Below, one piece after another: positions 36,418-47,097 of a DNA stretch of 64,000 nt (the first letter of the stretch is position 1; every line of letters starts with the position of its first letter). The notes beneath the pieces were generated by a model. That model worked only from the letters and a program-made list of their open reading frames with translations. It did no database searches and was not told where the DNA came from. This stretch comes from Sphingobacteriales bacterium (lineage in GTDB: Bacteria > Bacteroidota > Bacteroidia > Sphingobacteriales > Sphingobacteriaceae), in the NCBI GenBank assembly GCA_038209155.1, contig JBBQYA010000002.1:3862-67861 (forward strand). The letters are read 5' to 3'. A program made the translations under genes and the position numbers.

Positions 36418-37542
36418 TTATTGCTCCAGCAACCAAGCATCTTTTCTGATATTTCTTCGTGCAACTTTTAAAGCAGCTAAAGCTTCTTGTTTATCAGTAA
36501 ATGTTCCTAAAGTAATTCTAACTGGCCCATTAGATCGGCCCGTCATAATAGTTGCATAGGTTCCTTTGGCTTGCATTTGTTCAATTACTTTGCTTGCTTC
36601 CAAAATTGTTTTAAAAGAACCTCCTACGATAACAAAAATGTTTGTGTCAGGAATTGGTAGTATTTTGTCAGCTTTTATTTGTGTGCTATCTGTTTTTAAA
36701 TCAATTGCTTGAATTGGAATTTCTAAAGTGGTTTCCTTTAATTCCTTTCGATTAAATTGTGGTATATTTTCATTTTCCAAATCAATTGGTTGTAATGGAC
36801 TAGTTCCGGTTATGAATGAATCTGGAACAAATAATTCAGGTTCTATGGTTGGAAAATCCTTATTCTCAGTTGGAATAATTACCTCTGCCATTGTGCTTTT
36901 ATTTGTCAATAATTCAGAAAAATTTGTATCTGCTGGCCACATGGAAGCAAAAGAATAATTTTTTATTTTTTCTTGATATTGATAAATAGTAAAGCCTGCT
37001 ATTATTAATAAAACTAAAACTGCTGCCAAAGCAAATTTACTTCGTTTGCGACCTGGAGTTTTAATGATATGGTGATCGAGATTATCATTTAATAAACTAT
37101 TCAGCCTATCCATTTTGTTTTCTCGTTTTATCAAAAACGCATTCACATTACTTAAACCAAAAGAATCAATCAAATAATTTTGATTTTGAGAAGGTTCAAA
37201 TTCTACACTTTCTATTCTTGGGATTAGTTTTCCAATATTTGCAAATTCATACGGGCGATTGTTTTCTAAAGCTTTTAATACATCTCCAGAGAATCTTTCA
37301 ACGAAATAAAGTGCAGATTCGTAAGAAATGCTGTGTTTTCTAGCAATATAATTGGTTAATAATCCATCATTATGATGCAAATTTCTATTGAATGCTATTC
37401 TTTTATGAGGTGGTCTAATGGTATTTAAAGGGCCAATAAGTACAGCAGAAGCTCTACTTGCCACAAATCCACCTAAACCTGGTACGATAACGCAGTTGTG
37501 TTCAAACAACAATTCGTGGATATACTGCGGAATATTCATCAT
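36418..37542 (-). CDS. HU-like domain plus SPOR domain membrane protein
   Basis: The N-terminus ...CVIVPGLGGFVA... is the HU/CCDC81-like module. A central TM segment (FALAAVLVLLIIAGFTIY) follows, then a C-terminal SPOR-like ...FVIVGGSFKT...A..V...MQAKG..A........VRITLGTF....EA. Confidence 0.7.
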   Translation of the reverse strand: MMNIPQYIHELLFEHNCVIVPGLGGFVASRASAVLIGPLNTIRPPHKRIAFNRNLHHNDGLLTNYIARKHSISYESALYFVERFSGDVLKALENNRPYEFANIGKLIPRIESVEFEPSQNQNYLIDSFGLSNVNAFLIKRENKMDRLNSLLNDNLDHHIIKTPGRKRSKFALAAVLVLLIIAGFTIYQYQEKIKNYSFASMWPADTNFSELLTNKSTMAEVIIPTENKDFPTIEPELFVPDSFITGTSPLQPIDLENENIPQFNRKELKETTLEIPIQAIDLKTDSTQIKADKILPIPDTNIFVIVGGSFKTILEASKVIEQMQAKGTYATIMTGRSNGPVRITLGTFTDKQEALAALKVARRNIRKDAWLLEQ

Positions 37543-37736
37543 GGTGTAAAATTATATTTTAAAATCAAACCATCAAACTTTATGGAAAATTGTTCTGATT
37601 TTTGATTTAAGATCCAGAATCTATCTTTCTTTTAATTTTAGATAAAAAATAAATTTCTCCTTTATGTATTAACTAATTTTTGAAAGTGATTTTCTAAAAT
37701 TAAAAGTATTGTTCATTTTTCAGAATACTCTTTATA

Positions 37737-39362
37737 TTAAAATGAAAAAGTAACTCCACCTAAACCATTAAATCCATTGCTTTCGTAATTTCTCCATAAT
37801 TTATATTGGGTAGAAGTTATATTGTTTAAATTAACAAATGCCGATAGTGTTTTAGAATAACGATATTCAACTCCTAAATTTAAATCTGCATATCCTTTAA
37901 GTTTTACAAAAGAATTGACTTTATAATCTAATAAAGCATTTCTTTCTCCTACATAAAACAAGGAAGTTCGGATGATAAATTTATCTACAAAATTATAGCT
38001 CGCACTTATTTCAGCTCTTGAACCTGGTCTATGCCAAGCTCTTACCTGCTTTTGTAAAGAATAAGAATCTAAAGTTAAGCTTCCATACAATCTTAATTTT
38101 TCTGATTGTTGATAATTAATTTCTGCGTGCAAACTAGTAATTCCAATATTTCCAGAGTCATATACAACTAAAAATTTTCTATTATCGGTAGAATCATTTA
38201 CATAGAAAGGAAGATTTTTTACACTTTTTATTCCAGCCCAAACTTTAAATGAAGTGCTGCTAGCTAAACTTCCTTTTATTCCACCATAGAAATGAAGGTT
38301 TTCTGTAGTATTGTTTAGTGTAATGTTTGGAGCTATAAAAGGATTTTCGTTGCTGAAGTTTCTTAGAGAATTCTTGTAAATATCTCCAGTTATTCCTGCA
38401 AAAGCAACTGCTTTTTCTTCAATTATGTTTACTGAAGCATATCCAGAAGGGAAGAAACTAGTTTTTTTGGTATTTCCGGATTCACTCGCTAAAATAAATC
38501 CAGCTTTTATAGAAAATATATCTTGTTTGAAATTAATGGAAGGTGAAAATTTGAAAATTGTATTTTTTGTAGTGACTATATCTTTCGAATTCGTTGCGTC
38601 TAAACTTAGGTCCAATTCTGCCTTGAATTCATTTATAACTTTATTTAAATGCAAACCAGCAATTACGTTTCCTTCCTTTGCTTTATATTTATCAGAAAAT
38701 GTATAGCCGCTAATTTTCGCAGCATACCCCAAAGTATAATCGTCTATTTTTGTATTATACAATTCAGCTTCGCCACCTATAGTCTGGAAACGTTGTTTTA
38801 AATTGTTTTTAAAATTATCTGAGGTAAATAATTTTTCATCATAACCATAAAACTTTGTTGCATTTCTATCATAAAATACATTTCCACTTAATTGCTGTTC
38901 GCCCAAAAGTGTTTTACCAAATAATTTAAGGTTATCAGTACTGAAATCTCTACTGTTTTTGCCATTTGAAGAAAGATGTTTCAATAACACACCATACTGA
39001 TTGCTTTTATCTCTGGTATTGGCAACATACAATTCGCCTAAAGCAGTTCCAATATTTCCAAATCCACCTTTTAAATATCCTTTATACAATTTTGTGATAC
39101 TTTCTGATTTCATTTTTTCGGGTGGTAAACCTGCTAATGAAATTGTTTGATCAATTTTTTTATCACTTAATTTATAATTGACAACCGGATCTGCTAATTT
39201 AATATCAAACACTTCTGGATTGGTTCTAATCCTAACACCTTCCGCTAAAATTGCTTTATAAGGTCTTATCACATCTATATCTTCTGATAGATTTTTTTGT
39301 GCATTTGCCATTGTTGCTATTAAAACAAAACTTAACAACAAATTATATCTTTTAAATTTCAT
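37737..39362 (-). CDS. Outer-membrane beta-barrel protein, receptor-barrel-like without a plug
   Basis: Signal peptide MKFKRYNLLLSFVLIATMANAQ and a beta-strand pattern throughout, ending ...GGVTFSF (aromatic terminus). I use the ATG at 39362, which leaves a 7-nt gap after the TPR gene. Confidence 0.65.
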   Translation of the reverse strand: MKFKRYNLLLSFVLIATMANAQKNLSEDIDVIRPYKAILAEGVRIRTNPEVFDIKLADPVVNYKLSDKKIDQTISLAGLPPEKMKSESITKLYKGYLKGGFGNIGTALGELYVANTRDKSNQYGVLLKHLSSNGKNSRDFSTDNLKLFGKTLLGEQQLSGNVFYDRNATKFYGYDEKLFTSDNFKNNLKQRFQTIGGEAELYNTKIDDYTLGYAAKISGYTFSDKYKAKEGNVIAGLHLNKVINEFKAELDLSLDATNSKDIVTTKNTIFKFSPSINFKQDIFSIKAGFILASESGNTKKTSFFPSGYASVNIIEEKAVAFAGITGDIYKNSLRNFSNENPFIAPNITLNNTTENLHFYGGIKGSLASSTSFKVWAGIKSVKNLPFYVNDSTDNRKFLVVYDSGNIGITSLHAEINYQQSEKLRLYGSLTLDSYSLQKQVRAWHRPGSRAEISASYNFVDKFIIRTSLFYVGERNALLDYKVNSFVKLKGYADLNLGVEYRYSKTLSAFVNLNNITSTQYKLWRNYESNGFNGLGGVTFSF

Positions 39363-39369
39363 AGGATTC

Positions 39370-42300
39370 TTAATTTTCAGCACTAGTTAATTCGTCTAGT
39401 TTTCTCTTTGCTGTAGGTTTTATTTCATCATCGCCTTCGTAGTTATCTAGCAAACTTTGCAAAGTACTTTTTGCTTGAAAAGTGTCATTCAATCTTGTAT
39501 AAGTATCAGCAAGTAATAGGAAAGATTTTCCAATCCAATAATCATAAGAAGGAATTTCGTTTATAATCTCGAAACTTTTTTTCTTAGCATCATCATATTT
39601 TCCGTTGTTAAATAAATCCTGAGCGATGTAATATCTAGCTTCTGCTCCAGCAATTGTAGTGGTGGTTGCGGCTAAAGTTTTGAAATAATTTAATGCAGAA
39701 ATGGTATCTTTTTTCAACAATAAAGCTCTCCCAGCATATAAATTAGCGGTGTTTTTTTCGTCTGTTGATGATTTGTCAAATTCTATTACAGTTTTTGCAG
39801 CCAGAAAAAGACTATCAGCATTCTGTTCTTTTGAATAGCAATTCAATAGATTATTAATAGCAAAACCGTACGTTTCTTTCAGTTGTGGATTGTTTTTTAA
39901 TTGAATTAAATAAGGTTTTGCAGCTGAACAATTATTTTGTTGAACTAAAATTCTAGCGATATAAACAAGAGATTTTTCATTGAATAAAGAATTTCCTGTT
40001 CCTAAAACATATTTAAAATCGGATAATGCATTGTTGTAATCCTTAGTTTGTAAATAACTTTCGCCTCTATAATAATAAGCTTCTGTAGCAAAATATCCTT
40101 TTGGATAATTTCTTAAATATGAACTAAAGGAGGTGATGCTACCTGCAAAATCACTTTTTAAGTAGTTGGAATTTGCCGCTTGAAAACTTATTGAATCTTT
40201 CTGTGGAGCAGAAATACTCGAATTAGGAATTCCTGCAGAATAATTCAAAAAGCCGTCAGCATCACCCTTTCCAATATATATATTCCGAATGGCTTGCATA
40301 GCTTCTTTAGATTCTGGACTTCCACTATATCCCGAAACTACTTTTTTGTATTCCTGCAATGCTTTTTCATCTTCATCCAAATTATAAGAGATTAAACCTA
40401 GATTTAAATAAGCTCTTGGAACCAAATTACTTTTAGGATAATAAGTGATAAATTGATTAAAAGCAATTTTTGCATTGCTAGGATCATTGATGTATAAATA
40501 AGTTGCACCAATTTCAAATTTTGCATCATCAGCATAAATTGAACTTGGGTATTTGGAAATAATATTTTGTAAGGCATTCAATTTCACATTACTTTGATTT
40601 TGCAAACCATTAATGATGGCTCTTTGGAAGAGTGCATAATCTGTTCCTGATTGGTTGGTGTTTATTATTTTATTGTATTGATTGATTGCTTTATCGTAGT
40701 TTTTCAATGCAAATGCACAATCTCCTGATCTTAAAATTGCATCATTTAAAATCTTTTTATCAGCATCTGGATTTGCTAAATATTTATCGAACCAAGTGGA
40801 AGCTGAATTATAATTTTCTTGAATGAAATAGGCATAACCTATATTATATGATGCTTTTTTATAAATAGTAGTTTCTTCTGCTTGAGCAGACAAAATGAAT
40901 TGTTGATAACCCGAAATAGCTAGTTTTACATTTCCCGATTCAAAATTACTTTCTGCTTTCCAATACATGGCAAGAGATTGAATTAATTTATCTGTTCCGT
41001 TTTTTATTGCTTTTTCAAATAAGTTAATAGCAGATCTGTAATCTTTTAAATTAAATAATTCAACCCCTCTGAAATAATTTGCTTGTTGGTAAGCTTGCAA
41101 GGCAGATTTTGATTTAGGATTTACAGTTTCTAATAAATCAATTGCTTCTTGATAATTTTTTGAACCTGCCAATGCTTCACCCAAATACGCTTTTGCTTCA
41201 TTTACGTTATCATCATTCGGATATTTTTTGATATAATCTCTAAATGTTGCGACCGCTACATCATTAAATTTCAAATCATAAGATAGTTTTCCATAATTCA
41301 ATAAACCCTCTCGGCTTAGTTTTTCGTCAGCATTTTGCTTGGCAACTTTCTGAAATGCTGTTCTGGCACTTTGTTTATTATTTAGTTTTAAAAATGAATT
41401 ACCTAAAATATACATCCCGTTTTGAGCAAATATTCCGGTTGAATCTCCTAATCTTTCTAAGCTTTTAATAGCATTCGCATAATCTGCTGTCTGAAAATTT
41501 GAATATCCTATTTGATATAAATCTTGAGCATTTAATAATCTGATGCTATCACTCTTCAGAAATCCATTATAATATTCTCTTGCTTTTTTATAATCAGATT
41601 TTTTAAAATAAGCACTCCCAACCAATCTATACATTGCAGATTCGTTTTTCGGATTTGAATTCTTTAAAATAGGCAATGAATAATTGATTAATTCATCGTA
41701 TTTGCCAGTTTGATAATATATCTGAGCTATATAATAAGGAACTAAACTGCCGTAAATTTTAGAATCTTTTAAACTCAAAAACGTTTCAAGTGCTTGAGGA
41801 TAATCCTTTTCTACATAAGATGTGTACGCATAATAATAGGATGCAGGATATCCATATTTTGTAGAACTGCCTCGCACGTCTCTAAAAAAACCTTTTGCTT
41901 TTTTATAATCCTTTTGCATAAAATAGCTATACCCGATCTTGAATTTGTATTCTAATCTTTCGGCATCAGTTAAGGCATACATATCTGCTTTTTCAAACCA
42001 TTCTGTAGCATCTTTAAAATTATTTTGACGATAATAAAATTTACCTAAACGAAAAAATGCAGATTTAGCCAAAGCGTTTTCTGGATATTTATTCACAAAA
42101 TCTAGCATCAGAAATTCCGCTTGATCATTGAATAATTCCATGGCACACAATGCTTGATAAAATGTAGAGTTAATTCGTAACAAATTAATATTATCGCGAT
42201 CTGCTGGTGTGAAACTAATGGTTTGCAAGCTCTTGTCAACTTGCTCAAATTCTATTTGAGCTACTGCAAACTTCTCTTTATCAAATAATTCAATGGCGTT

Positions 42301-42405
42301 TTTAAATTGCTTATTGATGGTGTAAATAGCGGTTTGTTGTGCAAAAGTATTAATCATACATCCAGAAATGATGATTAATAAAATAGCGGCTTTTTTTATA
42401 TTCAT
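39370..42405 (-). CDS. Large TPR-repeat lipoprotein
   Basis: MNIKKAAILLIIISGC gives a lipobox. About 1000 aa follow of repeated A..Y..G..Y....Y..A...F TPR/YbgF-like units. I use the ATG at 42405 rather than the track start at 42435. Confidence 0.75.
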   Translation of the reverse strand: MNIKKAAILLIIISGCMINTFAQQTAIYTINKQFKNAIELFDKEKFAVAQIEFEQVDKSLQTISFTPADRDNINLLRINSTFYQALCAMELFNDQAEFLMLDFVNKYPENALAKSAFFRLGKFYYRQNNFKDATEWFEKADMYALTDAERLEYKFKIGYSYFMQKDYKKAKGFFRDVRGSSTKYGYPASYYYAYTSYVEKDYPQALETFLSLKDSKIYGSLVPYYIAQIYYQTGKYDELINYSLPILKNSNPKNESAMYRLVGSAYFKKSDYKKAREYYNGFLKSDSIRLLNAQDLYQIGYSNFQTADYANAIKSLERLGDSTGIFAQNGMYILGNSFLKLNNKQSARTAFQKVAKQNADEKLSREGLLNYGKLSYDLKFNDVAVATFRDYIKKYPNDDNVNEAKAYLGEALAGSKNYQEAIDLLETVNPKSKSALQAYQQANYFRGVELFNLKDYRSAINLFEKAIKNGTDKLIQSLAMYWKAESNFESGNVKLAISGYQQFILSAQAEETTIYKKASYNIGYAYFIQENYNSASTWFDKYLANPDADKKILNDAILRSGDCAFALKNYDKAINQYNKIINTNQSGTDYALFQRAIINGLQNQSNVKLNALQNIISKYPSSIYADDAKFEIGATYLYINDPSNAKIAFNQFITYYPKSNLVPRAYLNLGLISYNLDEDEKALQEYKKVVSGYSGSPESKEAMQAIRNIYIGKGDADGFLNYSAGIPNSSISAPQKDSISFQAANSNYLKSDFAGSITSFSSYLRNYPKGYFATEAYYYRGESYLQTKDYNNALSDFKYVLGTGNSLFNEKSLVYIARILVQQNNCSAAKPYLIQLKNNPQLKETYGFAINNLLNCYSKEQNADSLFLAAKTVIEFDKSSTDEKNTANLYAGRALLLKKDTISALNYFKTLAATTTTIAGAEARYYIAQDLFNNGKYDDAKKKSFEIINEIPSYDYWIGKSFLLLADTYTRLNDTFQAKSTLQSLLDNYEGDDEIKPTAKRKLDELTSAEN

Positions 42406-42869
42406 AGTTTCCCGATACAGCGGAATCCAAATCAAAAATTAATTCCGGGATTGCTGCATTAACGCTCCAAACTTAGGTAAATATTGTACCAAGCTTTTAA
42501 ATTTATCTTAACAGATGTAGATAATTTAGTTTGGGACTGAAAAATTTGATTTTGCTCTAATGTATGAAGAATTGAGACTATGATAACATAAGATTGAAAT
42601 AAAGTATACAAGGTTATCTGAGTTTGCAGCATTGGTAATCCCTTAAGGATTTACGTTGAAAGTAGTTTAAAATAGTTTTATTGATATCAAATAACTCAAA
42701 ATAAATGATTTAATAAATTTAATTTATATGTTTATGAGATAGTTGAATGATAAACAACTTATTTCTCTATTATTCTTCATTAATAATTATCTATATTTAT
42801 AACGTGTTCTAAAAGAGTTAAAAAACAAAAAGTATTTTAAGAAATCTAACCTTTTCAAAAGTATATCCT

Positions 42870-43763
42870 ATGAAATCCACATTACTTTTAATCCTTTCCT
42901 TTATCTTTTCAAATACTCATGCACAGTTTGCTCCACTTGGTGCAAAATGGCATTATTCATCCAGTGATAATGGATCTGCTCCTTCTGGTGCTACCTACAA
43001 ATTGTTTGAAAGTGAAAAAGATACTGTGCTAGCTGGTGTAAATTGTAAAAAGTTAAAAATAACCCATTTCAAATATAATGGAGATACAATTTTTCCTGTT
43101 CCTTTTTTTGTTTACCAGTCAAACGACACTGTCTTTTATTTTAATGATGTCTATTCTCGCTTTTTTCCTTTGTACATATTTAATGTAAATGTTGGCGATA
43201 CATTGGTTTATCATACACCATATATTCCTACAAATCCAGCTGATACCAATTTATATGTTAGGGTTGATTCTGTTACTAAATTTATTTCTGGCTCAGATAC
43301 GTTAAAACATATTTGGACATCGTCAATTTTGAATACTGTTCTATTTTTTGATGGAGGCTATATTGAATTATTGGGATGCCCAAATGTAATGTTTCATCAA
43401 GCCGGATTTACCTTTCCAGAAGCGGACGGACCAATGAGATGTTATGAAGATAGTTCGATTTTTATAAAAAAGAGTTCTACTAATTGTGATTACCGCCTAA
43501 CTTCTGGAATTAGTGCAGAGAAAGAAAATAGTTCAATATCCGTTTACCTAAATCCAAATAACCAAATAGTTCAGTTAAAAACATCTGAAAACGCTTCGAT
43601 TCATTATAATTTATTTGATGCTAATGGAAAACGTATAATCCAAGGAAACTTTAATTTCGAAACTGCAATTGATTTAAGTAGAAATACAGATGGAATATAT
43701 TATTTACAATTAAGCAAAGAGAATAAAATATTCAGAACTGAAAAATTGAGTTTAATACATTAA
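42870..43763 (+). CDS. Secreted protein with a T9SS C-terminal sorting domain
   Basis: Signal peptide (FIFSNTHAQ). The C-terminus ISVYLNPNNQIVQLKTSEN...DANGKRI...GIYYLQLSKENKIFRTEKLSLIH is a typical Por_Secre_tail. Confidence 0.75.
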   Translation: MKSTLLLILSFIFSNTHAQFAPLGAKWHYSSSDNGSAPSGATYKLFESEKDTVLAGVNCKKLKITHFKYNGDTIFPVPFFVYQSNDTVFYFNDVYSRFFPLYIFNVNVGDTLVYHTPYIPTNPADTNLYVRVDSVTKFISGSDTLKHIWTSSILNTVLFFDGGYIELLGCPNVMFHQAGFTFPEADGPMRCYEDSSIFIKKSSTNCDYRLTSGISAEKENSSISVYLNPNNQIVQLKTSENASIHYNLFDANGKRIIQGNFNFETAIDLSRNTDGIYYLQLSKENKIFRTEKLSLIH

Positions 43764-43784
43764 AATAATTCTTTTATTCAGATT

Positions 43785-46088
43785 TTAAAACGTCAAACTT
43801 GCTCCAATACTTGGTAGAAAAGGTAATTGGTTTTGACGCTCGTATCGTATTGCATCAAAATAAAATATATTTTCACGGTTTAGAATATTGGTAATTCCAG
43901 CAGAAAGTTCAAGTTTAGAGTATTTAGATAATTGGAAACTTTTTTTACCAGAAACATCCATTCGGATAAAATTAGGAAGTAATGCTTTATTTAATTCTGC
44001 GCTAATTACACCAATATTACCATTTTCATTTATGTAATTGGTGTTGATATTATTTCCGAAATTAATTTGTTCATACACACCTTGTGTTTGTGTAAATGGA
44101 AATCCTGATCCAAAACTGTATCTCACACTTACTTCCCAGTCCTTCTTTTCACCGAAATCATAAGTACTTAAAAAATTAATATTATGTCGTCTATCATAAA
44201 ATGGTCGATAAGTTCTTATTTCATCCCTACGAATTACTTGACCTAAAGAATAAACAAGATTGATGTATAAATTCTTTTTTCTGTAGGTTCCAGAAAAATC
44301 AATTCCTCTCGCATAACCTTGTTCTACAATGATATCTTTTCTTAAAAAGTTAGGAACAGTATCGTTTGGACCATTATCTGGATATATTTTATCTCTATTG
44401 GTATTGGTTATTTGGCTAAAATTTTTGTAATAACCTTCAATATTGATTAATAAATTGGGTAATAAATCATATTCAAATCCAGCTATTAGATGTTCTGCTT
44501 TCTGAAGTTTAGAAGTCACTTGTTGGCCAAGAAATTCTTTTTGCAAATTTTCTGTTCCGGATAAAAAACCATAGAATAAATTCACTACATCTCTATCAGA
44601 ATTTGCACTTAATAAGTTTTGAGAATAAAATCCTCCAGCAGATTTCAACCTTAATTTTTCAGTCAAAATAAATTTTGCGCCTAATCTTGGTTCAGGTGAA
44701 AATTCACTTAACGAAGCATAATAATGTGCTCGAAAACTGGGTTCAACAATTAATCTTCCTTTCTTGTATTTATAACTTATAAAACCTGCTAATTCTGTTG
44801 TAAAATCTTGCTGTTGAACAGTCAAATTAAAAGGATTGGTAAATTTAAAGTCGGTATTAAAACCCAAAACTTCAAAACCATAACGGATATCATCATCACC
44901 TAGAAAAAGGGTATAATCCATTCCTGCATTAAACCCAGAAATGGAACTAAATCTTGGTTTTCCATCACGCTCTTCCAGCGTTATTCTATAATCGGTATAC
45001 GAAAAGAATGCATTAATTAAAGAAGAAGAAGCTTCTGGAACCAAAACAAAATTCATACCTCCACCTCTTGATTTCCAATTGATTCTGGTGGCATCCGTAT
45101 AATTTACTCGATCGGTAAAGTTGAATCCAAACAGATTTACTTTACTTCCATTGTTTCCGCTAGTGGAGATTTTAGCATAAATATCGGTAAAGTTAAATGG
45201 CAAACCAGCGGTATCTACATAGCTATAAATGGTTTTAGAGGTTTGCTCTAAATAAGAGGTTTTTCCTGTTAATAAAAATGTAGTAGAAGGTTTGCCTTCT
45301 TTGTATTTGCTCAATGGTCCTTCTAATAATATTTTTGAACTAAAAGGACTTGCACCAACTTTTCCCGATAAACGGTTTTTGTTTCCATCACGAGTTGTGA
45401 TATCTAGAATAGCTGAAATTCTGCCGCCATATTTTGCTCCAAAACCTCCAGTGTATACATCCACATTTTTGATGATGTCAGTTTCAAAAACAGAAAACAA
45501 ACCTATTGAATGAAAAGGATTATAAATCGTCATTCCATCAAGAATTACTTTGTTTTGAATCGGAGATCCACCACGAATATATAGTTGACCACCTTGATCT
45601 CCAGAGAAAATTACACCTGGTATCACTTGAAGATATTGCGCCAAATCGGGTTCACTACCAATAGATGGAATTTGCATAATTTGTTTTGGAGTAATTTTGG
45701 TTACTGAAATTTGAACTTTATTCAATTGCTCTGCTCTTTCTCCAGAAATGCTCACTTCTTTTAAATTTACTTTTGTAGGTAGTAAATATATATTTTTAGA
45801 TACCCGTTCATTTGCTTTCAAAACAATTGTAAATTCGGCAGTATCAAAACCCATATTTCTAGAAACTAATCTGTAAGTCCCTGGCTTCAGTTGAGAAATA
45901 GAATAAAAGCCATTTACATCGGTAGTAGATCCAATGCTGGTTCCTTTAAGACTTACTCCACTAAAAATGATGGGTTCACCGGTTTCTTTGTCATAAACAA
46001 AACCTCTTATTTCTGAATTTTGTGCTAAAGTGCTGAACGGTAATAGAAAAAGTAAAAGAAACTGAAGGGATTTAAAAAAATTATTCAT
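43785..46088 (-). CDS. TonB-dependent receptor (CarboxypepD_reg, plug, barrel)
   Basis: IRGFVYDKETGEPIIFSGVSL...GFYSISQLKPGTYRLVSRNMGF. The plug is ...LAQYLQVIPGV...GGQLYIRGG. The barrel ends ...GASLTF. Confidence 0.9.
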   Translation of the reverse strand: MNNFFKSLQFLLLFLLPFSTLAQNSEIRGFVYDKETGEPIIFSGVSLKGTSIGSTTDVNGFYSISQLKPGTYRLVSRNMGFDTAEFTIVLKANERVSKNIYLLPTKVNLKEVSISGERAEQLNKVQISVTKITPKQIMQIPSIGSEPDLAQYLQVIPGVIFSGDQGGQLYIRGGSPIQNKVILDGMTIYNPFHSIGLFSVFETDIIKNVDVYTGGFGAKYGGRISAILDITTRDGNKNRLSGKVGASPFSSKILLEGPLSKYKEGKPSTTFLLTGKTSYLEQTSKTIYSYVDTAGLPFNFTDIYAKISTSGNNGSKVNLFGFNFTDRVNYTDATRINWKSRGGGMNFVLVPEASSSLINAFFSYTDYRITLEERDGKPRFSSISGFNAGMDYTLFLGDDDIRYGFEVLGFNTDFKFTNPFNLTVQQQDFTTELAGFISYKYKKGRLIVEPSFRAHYYASLSEFSPEPRLGAKFILTEKLRLKSAGGFYSQNLLSANSDRDVVNLFYGFLSGTENLQKEFLGQQVTSKLQKAEHLIAGFEYDLLPNLLINIEGYYKNFSQITNTNRDKIYPDNGPNDTVPNFLRKDIIVEQGYARGIDFSGTYRKKNLYINLVYSLGQVIRRDEIRTYRPFYDRRHNINFLSTYDFGEKKDWEVSVRYSFGSGFPFTQTQGVYEQINFGNNINTNYINENGNIGVISAELNKALLPNFIRMDVSGKKSFQLSKYSKLELSAGITNILNRENIFYFDAIRYERQNQLPFLPSIGASLTF

Positions 46089-46147
46089 ATTGTATTATCG
46101 CACGCAAGATAAATTAAATACCTTGTTTTAATGACGCTTAAATTATT

Positions 46148-47077
46148 TTATTGATTTTTTTGACCGCTTAATAGATAAAGAACTGCCATTCTGATAGCTA
46201 CTCCATTTTCTACTTGATCTAAAATGGCTGCTTGCGGAGAATCCGCTACTTCGGAGCTAATTTCTACACCTCTATTAATTGGGCCTGGGTGCAAAACCGT
46301 AATTTTTTTATCCAATTTATGCAGAATTTCAGCGGTCAATCCGTATTGCATTGTGTATTCTCTAATGCTTGGAAAATACTTTATATCCTGTCTTTCCAAT
46401 TGAATTCTGAGCATGTTTGCCACGTCACACCATTCTAAAGCTTTGATTAAATTCGTTTCTATTTTTACACCAAGAGACTCAATATGGCGTGGAAGCAAAG
46501 TGGCTGGTCCACAAACTTTGACTTCTGCTCCCAACTTTTTTAGACATAAAATATTAGAAAGTGCAACTCTGCTATGTAAAATATCACCAACAATAACTAC
46601 TTTTTTACCAGCCAAATCACCAATTTTTTCTCGGATAGAAAATGCATCTAATAATGCTTGAGTTGGGTGCTCATGCGCACCATCGCCAGCATTTATGATT
46701 TGAGCATTGATGTGTTTCGATAAAAAAACTGCCGCCCCAGCATGTGGATGCCTCATTACTACCATGTCAACTTTCATGGCAAGAATATTATTTACGGTAT
46801 CAATCAAAGTTTCACCTTTAGAAACGGAAGACGAAGAAGCTGCAAAATTAATTACATCTGCTGAAAGTCTTTTTTGAGCAAGTTCAAAGGAAAGTTTTGT
46901 TCGAGTTGAATTTTCGAAAAACAAATTTGCAATGGTAACATCTCTTAACGATGGAACTTTTTTAATAGGACGATTTAAAACACTTTTAAAATTTTCTGCT
47001 GTATCAAATATAATTTGAATATCCTCTTCGTTGATTTCTTTAATTCCTAAAAGATGTCGTACACTTAGTTTATTCAT
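46148..47077 (-). CDS. pyrB: Aspartate carbamoyltransferase catalytic subunit
   Basis: FFENSTRTKLSFELA (STRT motif), HPTQALLD and HPGPINRG. Confidence 0.93.
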   Translation of the reverse strand: MNKLSVRHLLGIKEINEEDIQIIFDTAENFKSVLNRPIKKVPSLRDVTIANLFFENSTRTKLSFELAQKRLSADVINFAASSSSVSKGETLIDTVNNILAMKVDMVVMRHPHAGAAVFLSKHINAQIINAGDGAHEHPTQALLDAFSIREKIGDLAGKKVVIVGDILHSRVALSNILCLKKLGAEVKVCGPATLLPRHIESLGVKIETNLIKALEWCDVANMLRIQLERQDIKYFPSIREYTMQYGLTAEILHKLDKKITVLHPGPINRGVEISSEVADSPQAAILDQVENGVAIRMAVLYLLSGQKNQ

Positions 47078-47097
47078 GATTAATTATGCTCAAATTT

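Noticed and set aside
39370-42405. Naming the 1011-aa TPR lipoprotein PorW/SprE (a T9SS component)
   Set aside because: The lipobox, TPR repeats and size are compatible. I recognise no family-specific motif, and the neighbourhood (barrel, SPOR, exbBD-tonB) is not the one I associate with porW. I left it as a generic TPR lipoprotein.
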